Below the pieces are notes generated by a model, which was not told the DNA's origin, searched no databases, and saw nothing but the letters and a program-made list of their open reading frames with translations. Positions 1-11,901 of a DNA stretch of 64,000 nt are shown here, in pieces. How positions within the stretch are numbered: the first letter of the stretch is position 1; each line of letters opens with the position of its first letter. The stretch lies in NCBI RefSeq assembly GCF_018977255.1, contig NW_024704742.1:23872001-23936000 (forward strand), in the 5' to 3' direction. The stretch is from Callorhinchus milii. Taxonomy: Eukaryota. The position numbers and the translations under genes are program-made.

Positions 1-204
1 ACTCTCGTTCCAACACTGAATAAAATACACAGCTGTTAATGTATCTCAATACTTCAAAGGTCTACAGTTGTGGCTCTACACACACACACATACATTCTAC
101 ATTGATCTTTTAAGTGGGGTCTCCGTGGGTGACATGCCTGGCAATGGAATGACGGAATCGAGCCAACCCTCTGTGGCGGTATCGGTTCCCGAGCCAGATG
201 GGTC

Positions 205-362
205 CAGATTTCCCTTTTATTTCTTCTTTCTGCTCTGGATTTCCCCTTTTTTCCCTGTTTTCCTCTGGATTTCCCTTTTTTCCCTCCTCCTCTGGATTTT
301 CCCTGTGTTCCGCTTTCTCCTCTGTATTTTCCCTGTTTTCCTTAGGATTTCCCTTCTTTCCC
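205..362 (+). repeat. Pyrimidine-rich degenerate minisatellite with CTGGATTTCCC-type core
   Basis: About six imperfect copies of (ct)ggatttccc separated by T/C tracts. Confidence 0.75.
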
Positions 363-369
363 ATGTTCT

Positions 370-860
370 ATGACTACTCTAACTCCCTGCTCACTGGACT
401 CTTCCCTCCACGAACTGCAGATTACTCAGAACTCGTGTCCTCTCCCGCACCAAGCTCCAGAAGTTGATCACCTCCATCCTCGCCCAGTTCCACTGGCTCC
501 CCATCCCCCCGAAGATCGAGTTTAAGATCCTCATCCTCACTTTGAAATCCATCCACGGTCTTGCCCACCCTTCTGTGACCTTTGAGCACCTTACCAACCC
601 TACCTCGGCAGGCACTGATAGGAGATTCAGCCTTTCTGCACCCACTCTCTGGAACACCATCCCTGAGTCCCTTAACCTCACCCTTTCCCTCACCTCCTTC
701 ACGGACCATTTCAAGACCTTCCTCTTTGATTGCACCTTCAGTCATCTTCCCATTCCAAGCCTTGGCCCCTCACCCTCACAAATCCAATCCCCAGCTCAGG
801 TTCAAATTCTCGACTGTTTGGCACTTTGGGACCTGCTCCTGAATGAAAGGCTCTATATAA
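370..860 (+). mobile_element. L2-clade LINE 3' fragment
   Basis: Frameshifted DYSNSLLTGL, ITSILAQFHWLPI..IEFKILILT and FSLSAPTLWNTIP..FKTFLF, followed by an L2-type 3' tail. Confidence 0.85.
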
Positions 861-2256
861 TTTTTTAAAACATATTTTTATTGTTTCAGAGTATTTAGTA
901 CTGTAGAATTAGTAGATCTAAAGTGGGTGAGAGGAATTATTTAAATTCTCTTTGAGTATTTAACCCAATGTACAAACGCCAACAAAGTCTTCTTTTGTAA
1001 TAATATCACCAAAATGTGATTATCTAACCTAATCTAATTTGAAATGAATGCAAAACAATTACATTAGGGTAGATCACTCCAATGGGGAATTAACACAGCA
1101 GAGGCAGCATGGGCCAACAGTCCTCCTTCTATTCTATAATTAAAACTGTATTTTGACAAATCAGGGTGGTGATCACATAACTCTTCGCAGTATTATCTTC
1201 AAGTTATTTGGATGAATGGAAACACAAGTTGTGGCTCTACATCTATCTATCTATCTGCAAAAATGCCTTTATTTTCAATGAAATCAAATAGTTTCCAAAC
1301 CATCGCTCTTATTTTTCATCAAACTACACAGGTTCACAAACCTGTCTTTCCATGCAGTAAATAGACTCCATTCTTCATAGACAACGTGCCTATTAAACTC
1401 TCGCGCAGGTTTTTTTTTAGACCAGCAGCTGTTTCTGGAGAAAAACTGTTAAGTTCACTGTTTTGGTCCTTACTCAGACCACACCTGAGACAACTAAGTG
1501 AGTTGTAGCACTAGCTTGCAAAAGATAGTGGTTTATGCTTATGACTAGTTGGTCGGGTCAGGGTTGTTAAGTGCAGAGTGGTTATATTGGCATAGCAGCA
1601 GACGTCTTGAATGAATGTATCCCAGTTGATGAGGAAAATATTTGATATACAAGTTTTGAAAGTTGACATAGAGTTGCCATTAGATACAATGAACAATTTC
1701 TTGCCCGCTCTTAACATGTTTCTAGGACTTTGATTCAGAGATCTATCAACCTAGCCCTATAGGAGTCGAGCAGTATTTCCTTTGTAGATGACAGAGCAAA
1801 AATCTTGAGGTTCAGACTTTTCTTTCTAGTCCCACAAATTACCTGGCACTGAATGCTTTATTTAAAAAAAATCTACTTTTCATTGATCACTTTTTTTACG
1901 AAGATGAAATACTGCGATCCTTTCTGAAAACTAAGTTCCACTACTTCATTTTGTTTGCAATTCAAATGAATACAGTAAATCAATGTCATCATACTTTTTG
2001 GGAGCTCTCCAAAAAGTAGATCAAATGTGGTGCTTTTTATGGCACATTTATATGAGCCAATCCTCCACAGTGGCATTTCATCGTTTGTCTGTTAAAGAGG
2101 GGGCCATAATCAATACATTTCTGTACCATACTGCATATTAAAGAGTCCAATAAAGGAATTTACTATATCTAGTGCTGGCAGTCAGCATGTTAAAGGCACC
2201 AGAAGCTAGAAATGCTGTTTATTTTCATTTGACTCATTTGACCTTTCTTTTTTCAG

Positions 2257-2435
2257 GACCATTTATCAGCGTTTTATTGTCGAAGTTGGAGAGGATGCCA
2301 GAAAACGAGTTGCATGTAAATTTGTTGCTGACAGGGATTGTTGCTCAGTTGGCTTGCTACCCACAGCCTCTCCTCCGGTCTTTCTTGCTCAACACCAACA
2401 TGGTCTTTCAGCCCAGCGTACGCTCACTCTATCAG
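2257..2435 (+). CDS. FHIP1A: FHIP1A (FAM160A1) third-last coding exon
   Basis: ttttcag acceptor and CAG|gtacat donor. Encodes GPFISVLLSKLERMPENELHVNLLLTGIVAQLACYPQPLLRSFLLNTNMVFQPSVRSLYQ, the conserved FAM160/FHIP C-terminal domain. 179 nt, phase 1 to 0. Confidence 0.95.
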
Positions 2436-3091
2436 GTACATACCTCCAACAGCAAAGGAGGATGCAGAATTCAAGTAAATTGTGGAAATTTAAGAAACGT
2501 TTAAAAAAAACCCTCAGCATTTAACCTTAACTTATTTGTAACTATTTCCTTTACAATCCCAAATTTAAGATAATCATCAAATCTGTGTCTACTGGTTGGT
2601 GAGCCATTAAGTGAGGGAGATGAATTTAAGATCAGTATCAGTATGAACAATAAAAACAAATTACATTTGTACAGCGCTTTTCACGTCAGGAGGACGTCCC
2701 AAGGTGTTGGACAGGCAGGGATCCGCACACGAGCTGGTGGTATGGGATTAAGAGGGGTGGAGGCGAGGGGGTTAGGGATAGGAGGGTGACCGAAAGCACG
2801 GTCGAAGAAAACAAAATGCTATAAAATTCTTTGATTCATGCACTGTGAAACAAATCCTCCTCATTGGTTTCAAACACAGGGATGAAGACTGCCATTGAAA
2901 GGAATCCCATTCTTTGTGTCCTCTCTCTTTCCCATTTCCCCCCAGAAGTGATACTTAATGCATCACTGAAATACTGTACACTGTCCAGCGCCTTGGGACA
3001 TCCTCCCGACGTGAAAGGCGCTAAAGAAATGTAATCATGTTGTTGTGTTATTGCTTAGTCCACGAGCATTGGCAACTCTGTGGCAACTTAC

Positions 3092-4870
3092 CAACAACAA
3101 CAACTTGCATTTATATAGCATTCTCCACGCCACATGGCATCCCAGAGTGTTTAACAATGATGATGCTTGATGCCGATCCAGGGAGAGGGGAAGTTGACCA
3201 TAGGCACTGTCAAAGAGGAAGGTCTTCAGGCCAACCTGAAAATAGGAAAAGAGGGGGCAAGGTGGAGGAACTGAAGGAGGGAGTTCCATAGCTTTGTGGT
3301 GTAGTGGCTCGATGCATGGCCACCGATGGTGGAGTGGAGGATTTGTGGGACAGGGAGGAGGCTGGAGCCAGTAGAGCGGAGGCAGTGGGTAGTGCTGTGA
3401 GGAGAGAGGAGGTTGGAGAGATAGGGAGGTGCCAATGCATAGGGGGATTTAAATACTAGAATGAGGATCTTGAAGTCGATGCACTCTGTGACAGGGAGCC
3501 AATGGAGTTTGGCAAGGATTGAAGTAATCGGGCTTAGTGTAGGTTTAGTGTGGGTGAGAATGCGGGCGGCTGAGTTTTGGATTAATTAAATTTTGTGAAT
3601 AGTGGAGGGGAGACCGGCGAGGAGGGTGTTTGTGTAGTCCAGCCGAGAGGTGACGAAGGCGTGGACAAGGGTTTCAGCAGCTTGTGGTGTGAGGTATTGT
3701 CGGAGACTGGCAATGTGGCGGAGATGGAGGAAGGCAGTCCTGGCCAGGGAACGCATTTTGGGGATGCAGGATAACTGGGGATCGAACCTGACTCCTAAGT
3801 TACGCATGGGTTCAGAGAGATTTAAGGATAGATCAGGTAGGTTGAAGAAGTCTGAACCGCAGGACAGAAGACTTTGATGGGAGCCAAAGAGTATAGCTTC
3901 TGTCTTGCTGACAGTTAACTGCAAGAAGTTTGCACTTATCCAGGCCAGACAAGCTGACAGAACATCAGAGGACTTGGGGTCGCAGCTGGAGGAGAAGTAG
4001 AGTTGAGTGTCAATCGCATACATGTGGAAGTTAACCCCGTGACTGTGGATAACATCACCAAGAGGGAGCATATAGATGAGGAATAGAAGGGGGCCAAGGA
4101 TGGAGCCTTGGGGTACCCACAGGTGACTGGGTGGGGGCGAGAAAAAAACATTTGCGGAAATGTAGTGCTGGCGGTTTGTAAGGTAGGACTCGAACCAAGC
4201 AAGTGAGGTACGTACCACTGAGGTGAATGATGGAGGAGATGTGGAGGAGGATGGCGTGATCGACTGTGTTGAATGCGATGGAGAGGCCCAGGAGGATGAG
4301 AAGGCAGAGGGACCCCTGGTCATAGATAGAGAGGACATCATTTGTGACTTTCACAAGCGCTGTCTTTGTACTGTGGGGAGGGTGGAAACCGAAATGGAGG
4401 GGGTTGAGTAGGGAGTGGAGGGAGAGGTGTGCGCGAAGTTGGCAGCAATGCATTCCACAGCTTTGGCCAGGAAGGAGAGGTTTGAGATAGCGGGGTGGGG
4501 CACGAGGTTGGAGGGATTGGGTGTAGGTTTTTTAAGGAGGGGGACGATGACAGCAGTCTTGAGGGGGAATGGGACTGATCCTGAGGAGAGGGACTGGTTA
4601 ATGGTGTCTGCCAGCAGTGAGCAGAGGAGGGGGAGCTGGGTGATCAGTAGTTGGGTGGGGAGGGGGTTGAGGCAGCAGGTGCTCGGTTTCATTAGGATGA
4701 TGGAGGATGAGAGGGAGGAAGGAGAGATGGGGGCAAAGGAATGTAAGATAGGGGCCATGGTAGGAGCGGAGGAGGGGTGGGTGGAGGAGACAGAATGGGA
4801 GGGTGGGTAGTCGGGGACACGGGGCAGGGGGATGAGTCCATGACCTCTTCTCACTTGGCATTTGAGGTAA
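3092..4870 (-). mobile_element. L2-clade LINE, 5'-truncated, degenerate RT plus 3' tail
   Basis: Frameshifted RT motifs ([59 protein letters not shown]) and a (TTG)n tail at about 3092-3105. Confidence 0.93.
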
Positions 4871-5608
4871 TGATTGAGGGTGCTAGAGAGGGCACATGGA
4901 GGAGGTGGTGGGTGGTGGAGAATAGGATTTTGGAGATTTTGGAGTTAACGACTACTCATTCGTCATGGGTGAACCTCGACAGTCAGTATGGTCAGGCTGT
5001 TCTACCATCACAGTTTTGTTAGATAATCTTAGATACTTGCAGTGAGTTGACAAAGAGTATCAAACCAAGTTCAATCCTTCGCTTCCTTGATAATCTAAAC
5101 ACTCACTCTTTCCAGAAGGGGTTTCTTGGATTATGGTTAAGAATAGAGACCTGATGGTGTATTCAGGACACATTGCTGAATACAGTAAAGTGCTGAAATA
5201 GAATTTACACATTCAAAGCTTTGTAGAATGTGGTGTCCTGTCAGGAGAGCTGGACTTTGATATACTAGTATCTAAATGAAATCTTATTCATATTTCCTCT
5301 TAAATTATATTTTTAAAAAGTCTACAAATAACTAATATTATTAATAAGAAAAATTAATATAAACTTCAGGTGTGTTCACAGGCAAATGTCCTTTTCCTTT
5401 AAAACTTTGTACATGCTTAACGTTTCCCATCTTGCTGTACATCTCTTGATTAGATCCAGAATTCCACTGACTTCCTGAAGTTTATTAATATTATTATATT
5501 AATATGAAAAAATGTTTCAAACTAATTTTCTGATTTCTTACAGTCAGACTGTTTTATGGACTAATAGAGCACATGTTAGGTAAACCCATGCTTGATGTAT
5601 TTCCATAG

Positions 5609-5744
5609 GTGCTGGGATCTGTGAAAAATAAAACAGAGCAGTTTGCTTCTACAAATGAAGACGTCTTAGTTCTCCTGCCCCAAGCTCGGGATTACTTACT
5701 CTCACGGGTGTCAACCTCCACTTCAGGCATGTTCATAGCCAAAG
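5609..5744 (+). CDS. FHIP1A: FHIP1A penultimate coding exon
   Basis: ttccatag|GTG acceptor and AAAG|gtacct donor. Encodes VLGSVKNKTEQFASTNEDVLVLLPQARDYLLSRVSTSTSGMFIAK. 136 nt, phase-compatible with both neighbours. Confidence 0.92.
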
Positions 5745-7440
5745 GTACCTTTTGTTTAAAACTTTTTATATGCTTAATGTTTCCCATCTTCCTTTACATA
5801 TCTTGATTAGATCCTTAATTCCACTGACTTCCTGAAGTTTATTTTTTATTCTAAAGATCAAAAAGCAAAATTGGAAACCAAGACAGTACAAATGTAAAAA
5901 CATACACGAAGACCCCTTAAGACCAAGCAAGACCTCCTTTTAAACAGATTTAATGAGTGTGCTAATAAATCTGCAGCAATTTTTTACAATAATTATGACA
6001 CATTCTAGGCTGTAAATTCTGATTATTATGCCTAGCAATATCAGAATCATTTCCCGTTCCCTCCAGTGCAATAGCAATTATTATCTGGCATCAAAATTGC
6101 TGCTCAGAATCTTCATTAAAATTCCCCAAATACATTTAATTTTTCTGTTCATTATTCTTGTCCAGGTGTGCGTAACAGCTCTAGGAAATGGGTAAAGAAA
6201 ATTCTATTTGGTACTCAATGTTGGCAATAACTACTATACCAGTAGCTCTGCCAAATGTGGTAGCCAATTGCGCACAGGATTTGGCTGCCGCATTTTGCCC
6301 ACAAAATATACAGTCAACTCACTTAAGAGTATGTTCTGTGAAGCGTTTTGAACGTCTCGAAGATGTGTTAAGGCGCTATATCAAATGCAAGGATTAATAT
6401 TATTAAATGACGGTGTTTGTAAAACTGAGCCATGGAGACCCAGAAGATCCCAATTCCATCAGTGATTTGTATAACGGGACTGCAAATAGCTTCTGTACTC
6501 TGACTGGGGAGAAAAATCATCAGTGTTCTGCTTCTGATTACTATCAGTAGTAAACTAAATATTGTATTACATAGAAATCAGAGGGCTGAAATCCCTCATG
6601 GGCTCAGCCTTAATAATAAAAATAATAATCCTTGCATTTGATATAGCGCCTTATCACATCTTTGAGACACATTCAGTCCCAATTTGGAAGTCAGTTTTTC
6701 CTAGTTCTTTTTATGTAATTTGTCATTTTCTGGTGTTGATCTCATTTCCACCAGCAACTAATTGCAGTGCCCAAAATTATTTCACATAAGGTTTGTATAA
6801 CTTGTACAGAAGATCAAGATCAGTTTGGGCGAAATTGGAGGATTGCCTCTGAATAAACAGACAAGGTTTTAACCCACCGTGCCACCTCTACCCTCTCAAA
6901 AACATTTATAAATGTATTGAATTCAATTCAACAGCATTTGTTTTGTATTTAGACCATTTTTAAGATTTGAAAATTCTAGGTGATTGATAAAGTAAAAAGT
7001 TGCAACTTAAACTTAAGGTTCACAGGGTCATCTAGAACCTCCTCAGTTTGTTATGCCACCTGAAAATCATAGTCTTATAGATCCTTTCAAAGACCCACAA
7101 TCCTAAAGTCTGGTTATCAGACCCAAATTTGGATTTTGGCATTTTAACCCTGATTTGATCAGACACTTGACTTGTGTGTAGTATACAACACATCACGGTA
7201 TACTAGTAGCTGAGGTGAAATATAAGTTTAAAGGGACTTTGTCTGATAGATTTTTGGGGTGTTCATTTTGCACTTGGAGATTGAATGAATGAGGATGAAC
7301 AAACAACAGCCTCAATTTAAATGTAATATGTGGAAGAAATGGAGCTAATTGGGAATTTGGAATTTATTCCAGATGTATAGTTTCCGAACAAAATGCAAAT
7401 TGGCTTTTTTTCCCAGCCTCCTCTTAAATTTCTCTTGCAG

Positions 7441-7676
7441 AGAATAAGCACAGTCAACGTGCTGCTGAGAACGGACACAAGATCCTGAGTAGTCACCAAA
7501 ATGCACTGCAGCCACTTTCAAGCAATCTACAACAGTCAGTGGCTCCTCCTCCCTCTCATGTGAAAAACACCATCCATGCAGCTGTCATCTTCACAGAATT
7601 TTTGAAGGAACTTGCAGCAATTGCACAGGAACATTCCATCTTATCTCACACACCACTAGAAGAATGTGAAGAATAA
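7441..7676 (+). CDS. FHIP1A: FHIP1A last coding exon
   Basis: tctcttgcag acceptor, phase 1. Ends ...HVKNTIHAAVIFTEFLKELAAIAQEHSILSHTPLEECEE*. The EFLKELAAxAQEHSIL motif and adjacency to GATB favour FHIP1A over FHIP1B. Confidence 0.92.
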
Positions 7677-9562
7677 CCGATCCTGCAATAGCAAACCTTA
7701 AGGAAATGTTTTTAATCTACAAATGTCCTAGTTTTTTTAAAAAGATTTTTTTAAACATATCCTTTTGCTAAGAAATACCTCTTAAATTCGTGAACAACAT
7801 TTCCAAGCCTTAACTATAGTGGAAGAGGTGCTGAGAATGATATGGAGGAAAAATTGGAACTGTTTTCTCGAACGATAGTTCCATGATATGGAGTTGTTTT
7901 CTACAAATTACAAGTATTCTGTATTCAAGTTTGCTTTTTAATATGCAGCAGCCTTATTTTAGAATATGGAATTGAAACTATGCAAGCTGCAATGGATGTA
8001 AATTTTACAGAGGCAAAAATGTATTCATTCTTTAAATGGCAGAGGGTATTATATTATTTTATAGTAAATATGATTCTATGTTTATAGATTTGAGGTGTGA
8101 ACATTTATAATGATGAAAAACAATCTATTTAAAAAAACTAACAATGATCCTGCAATGTTGCTCTGCAAGTGGTACCAAAGATGAAATGAGAGGATAACAT
8201 TTCAGAACAAGACTTTGACATTGTGATAAGGAAAATAATCGTTCCACTTAAGTTAAATTTGTCTCGTCTTTTCTGACTTGACAAATTGTTCTCAAAACCC
8301 TAAATGTGTATTGGTGATAAGAGGATTTGAGTGTAATTGTTCAGCTACTTTAAAGCAGCAGATGTGGATTTGAAATAAGGTTTGCTCATTGTGGTGTAGC
8401 CTCAAGCACATTTTTATGCTCACAAGTAGATCTGTGTATTGTATTTATAGTAGGTTGTTGTTGATTTTTTTGGGGGGGAAAGAGAAACTCATAAATGGTC
8501 ATTCATTGACTTCACTGTGTTAACCATTTGAGTGCTCAAATGTTGGGTCCTAACGCATACTTCCTGTTTTGCCACTTGTTCAAAACGTACAACTAGAATA
8601 TCAAAAAATATACACGTGTATTTTGATTCATGAATGAAGTATATTAATTTGGCACTAAAATCCTATTCTACATCTCAAAGGGTCAATGGCATTCATAAGT
8701 AAATTGTAAACTTCTTTCTGAAGATAAGATGCCTAAAAAAGTAAAATACACACTAAACGTTGGCGGTAGTTTCTAAAATGTGTATCACTGTGGAAGCTGC
8801 CATTTATATCTGGAGGTTATCAAGGATCTCTTTACTAGGTCTGGGACAAGTTTTATTTTCAAGCACAAGTATCTTGTTTTGTTCCTCAACCTAAAGTTGG
8901 AGTTCAAAATTTTGGAAAAAAACTAGGCATTAAAGTTTTCCAAAAATGGTCATTGAATTGTTGAGTAATTTTATCAGCGTATAAATATGGTAAAAGGTTC
9001 CTACAGTACACCAATCATCAAATTGTAAAACACCCCCCACTTCTCCCCCATTTTACTCCTCAAGAGTCCCACAGGCACTAATCTGCATCTCACTCATGGT
9101 TACACATCTTATTTTGTTACATAATGCAAGATGAATTTAACTTATATAGCTATTGAGCAAATCAAAAGCATGATCTGCACGCACTGCAATCTATTTGTCT
9201 CGCATACATTTGTTCACTCCAGGGGCAACCATCATGAATGAATGCACCCGAATAGAAACTAACCAAACTGAAAAGACTTGGTTGCAGGATCAAAATCTGT
9301 CAATCCTACACTTAGCTATTCTAAAGCAACTGATTCCATTCTTAAAATGACATTTTCTCAAGTTGTATTAAAGTCAACATCAGTCTACTCCAGGTTGCTG
9401 AGCACACACCTGCTGATTTGCAAGAATTTGCACTACTTTTTAATTAAAGGTCAATGAAGAGAAGTCAAAAAACGTCCCAAAAATGTTGAAGGAATGAGGT
9501 CCAGCAAAATGAGCTCAGGTATTCATGTTTTGTAAAGTCAATTATATTTAAGATATTTTTGT

Positions 9563-9568
9563 TTTATT
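9563..9568 (-). terminator. Candidate GATB polyadenylation signal AATAAA
   Basis: tttatt on + reads AATAAA on -, about 240 nt past the GATB stop. Confidence 0.55.
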
Positions 9569-9804
9569 TGTGCATGATTCAGGTAGTTCACAACAGGGTA
9601 TATATTACAGTTGTTCACTGCAAATAATGGACGAGCACAAATGTAAAATACTCTAGTTATAGGGTACATATTTCATCTGTAACATACAAATTTTCAAGAA
9701 TTCTGTGTTGCTCTAAGTTGGAATATGATGATCCAGATCCCATTCATCCAACGTTTCCCTTTATAGAATCACTTTTTCTTTTCATCTGTGTGCAATCTGC
9801 CCTT

Positions 9805-9930
9805 TCAGGACAGTTTCTTTTCCAAAATGGCTTTCACCAGGTTGGGGGCAGCCCGCCTATGTGTTGCCTTCTGAACCTGTCCAATCAGTTTATTTAACAC
9901 CTTCCAGTTTCCTTTATGAATTTCAGAAAC
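9805..9930 (-). CDS. GATB: GATB exon 13 (last coding exon)
   Basis: VSEIHKGNWKVLNKLIGQVQKATHRRAAPNLVKAILEKKLS*, a YqeY-like tail; ttgtag acceptor. Confidence 0.94.
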   Translation of the reverse strand, partial: VSEIHKGNWKVLNKLIGQVQKATHRRAAPNLVKAILEKKLS

Positions 9931-11220
9931 CTACAACACAAGTGAAAATGAGGCCATAGTAGATAGACTCAGGCATGTAATATGTCTACCCTACATAATT
10001 ATCATAAATAATCAGAGAAGCCATAAAGTTAGTCAAATTAGCCATTTTGGTTTTATGGACAATAAAGTATCTGAAAACCAGGATTAATCAAGTTCATTAG
10101 ATATTAAACCCTTGTTAAAAATCTCAGAAATGTTATGCGTTTACAAAGTATGTGTTTCAGCATAAATCGTGTGTGCAACATCCTAACATTTGTGCATTTT
10201 GGATTATTGTTAAGGTTGGTGCTGACAGTTTTGCAAGATGGCTACAGGGACAGGGCAGCAAGATTGCACTGTCATAACTCAGAGATTACACACTTTACAT
10301 TCTTACATAGTTATCTGCCCTACTACCTGTGTTTTCCTGAGTTTGTTTCACAATAACAATTGACATTTATATAGCGCACTTACAGCTGGAGCTTGATGTC
10401 AAACAGGAGAGAAGGGGGAGGTGACGGAAGGAAAGCTCAAAGGCAAAGGTCTTCAGGTGCAATCTCAAGCCGGGCAAAGAGGGGGCAAGGCAGAAGGATT
10501 GAGGAAGATCTTCACTAAAATTGAAGAATTTAGGACTACCTCAGCTAGAAACAAATGATCCTTTTTTCACAAAATAAAGCTCTAACAAGTTAATTGACTA
10601 TATTCTAACTTGTGAAAAAGGATAGGTAATTTTACAATGTTATTGAACTTACTTTGTACGCATAAAATAGAACCAATAGCAGTTCCAAATGAATGCTTAG
10701 GATTTTGTTTACGACTAGAGGCCCTTTATTCTTATGATGTTAATGAACAGATGAATGTTCAGTTCGGAGGCTGGTGCAACAATATGTGGAGCTCATTGAT
10801 TTTTTTTACTGCCATGAAAACAATACAGGGCAGCAAACTGCTGTAAAGAGTTCCACGCCTGTAGTTTGATGGAAGGAATTCTGACAGTGTTATGAATCTC
10901 GGGAGAAGCTCAAGAGTGAACTGCCGCAGTGAAGCTTATGCTGGAGTATGGCTCAAGTACACCCAACAGATATCTGTTACCTTACCCAAGTGGCCAGAAA
11001 CAGCTGACTTGAATGTCAATAGGCTAGATGATCAAGATACTTCACAGTCTAGTCCTCTCTTCACCTGACATCCACAGTCATACTATCCTGCAATGGCTGT
11101 GGACAGCCAGGCCTAGATCCACATTGGCACTGTCACAGCACCAGTTAGCATTTATCAGATCAGTCGGTGTGGAGCTGTTTGATTAAAAACAAGACAGTAG
11201 CATCTGCTGAAGTGGCTTAC

Positions 11221-11355
11221 CTCCTTAGGGTGATTTTCAATAATAGACTGGCAGATTTGTTCTAGTTTTGCTTGGTCTTGGAGCAATCCCAGTTCTTTTT
11301 CTTTCACTATCTGGGAGGCTGATTTGCCTTCTTTCTTGCACATTTCAGTGAACAC
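11221..11355 (-). CDS. GATB: GATB exon 12
   Basis: VFTEMCKKEGKSASQIVKEKELGLLQDQAKLEQICQSIIENHPKE; ggtag acceptor, gtaagc donor. Confidence 0.95.
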
Positions 11356-11822
11356 CTACCAACCCAAACCAGAACCAGAGCTAAAAAGGTACAACACTGG
11401 TCAGATCCACCATGATAAATAATTTCAGTAGTTATTTCAAAATAAAATTTGCAAAACAAAGTAGGATTTACTGCAGATCTAATAAATAAGATAATTCTTT
11501 AATATGATTTCTAGAATTGGAATTATGACACAAATCCCTCACTATTCTGCTATCGGTAATATAATTTGCATATTTCAATTCACCATCATCCACTAAACTA
11601 GTCTCATCTCTGGAATTATTAAAATGGAAATTACCAGATTCCTCATCCAAAGCATAGCAGCCAGAGATCATTATCAGAAAAACAAAGGGTTGTGTACAGA
11701 ATTGAGAATCAAGGCTAGATATTTTGATACAATAAATGCCGCTATAAAATTTTTCATGCACAGCTCCTTAATGGAGCATAAACCTCAATTACAAGGATGA
11801 ACAGAAGCTGACGTTTATTCAC

Positions 11823-11901
11823 CTGTTTTGCTGCTGAAGATGAAACAACTCCTTTTTCCAAAAGGTCAAGCAGCTCTGATAAGGCCAAAGGCTTGAAGGG
11901 A
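11823..11901 (-). CDS. GATB: GATB exon 11
   Basis: SPFKPLALSELLDLLEKGVVSSSAAKQ; ttttcag acceptor, gtgaat donor. Confidence 0.95.

Noticed and set aside
68..467. Low-complexity ORFs at the window start
   Set aside because: They arise from the pyrimidine-rich minisatellite and the adjacent L2 fragment.
1500..2100. Short ORFs as a possible additional FHIP1A exon
   Set aside because: No FHIP-like peptide or usable splice pair found; the preceding exon presumably lies upstream of the window.
3586..4341. 251-aa RT-like ORF as an active retroelement
   Set aside because: Frameshifted, the catalytic YADD is altered to YAID, and the element is 5'-truncated.
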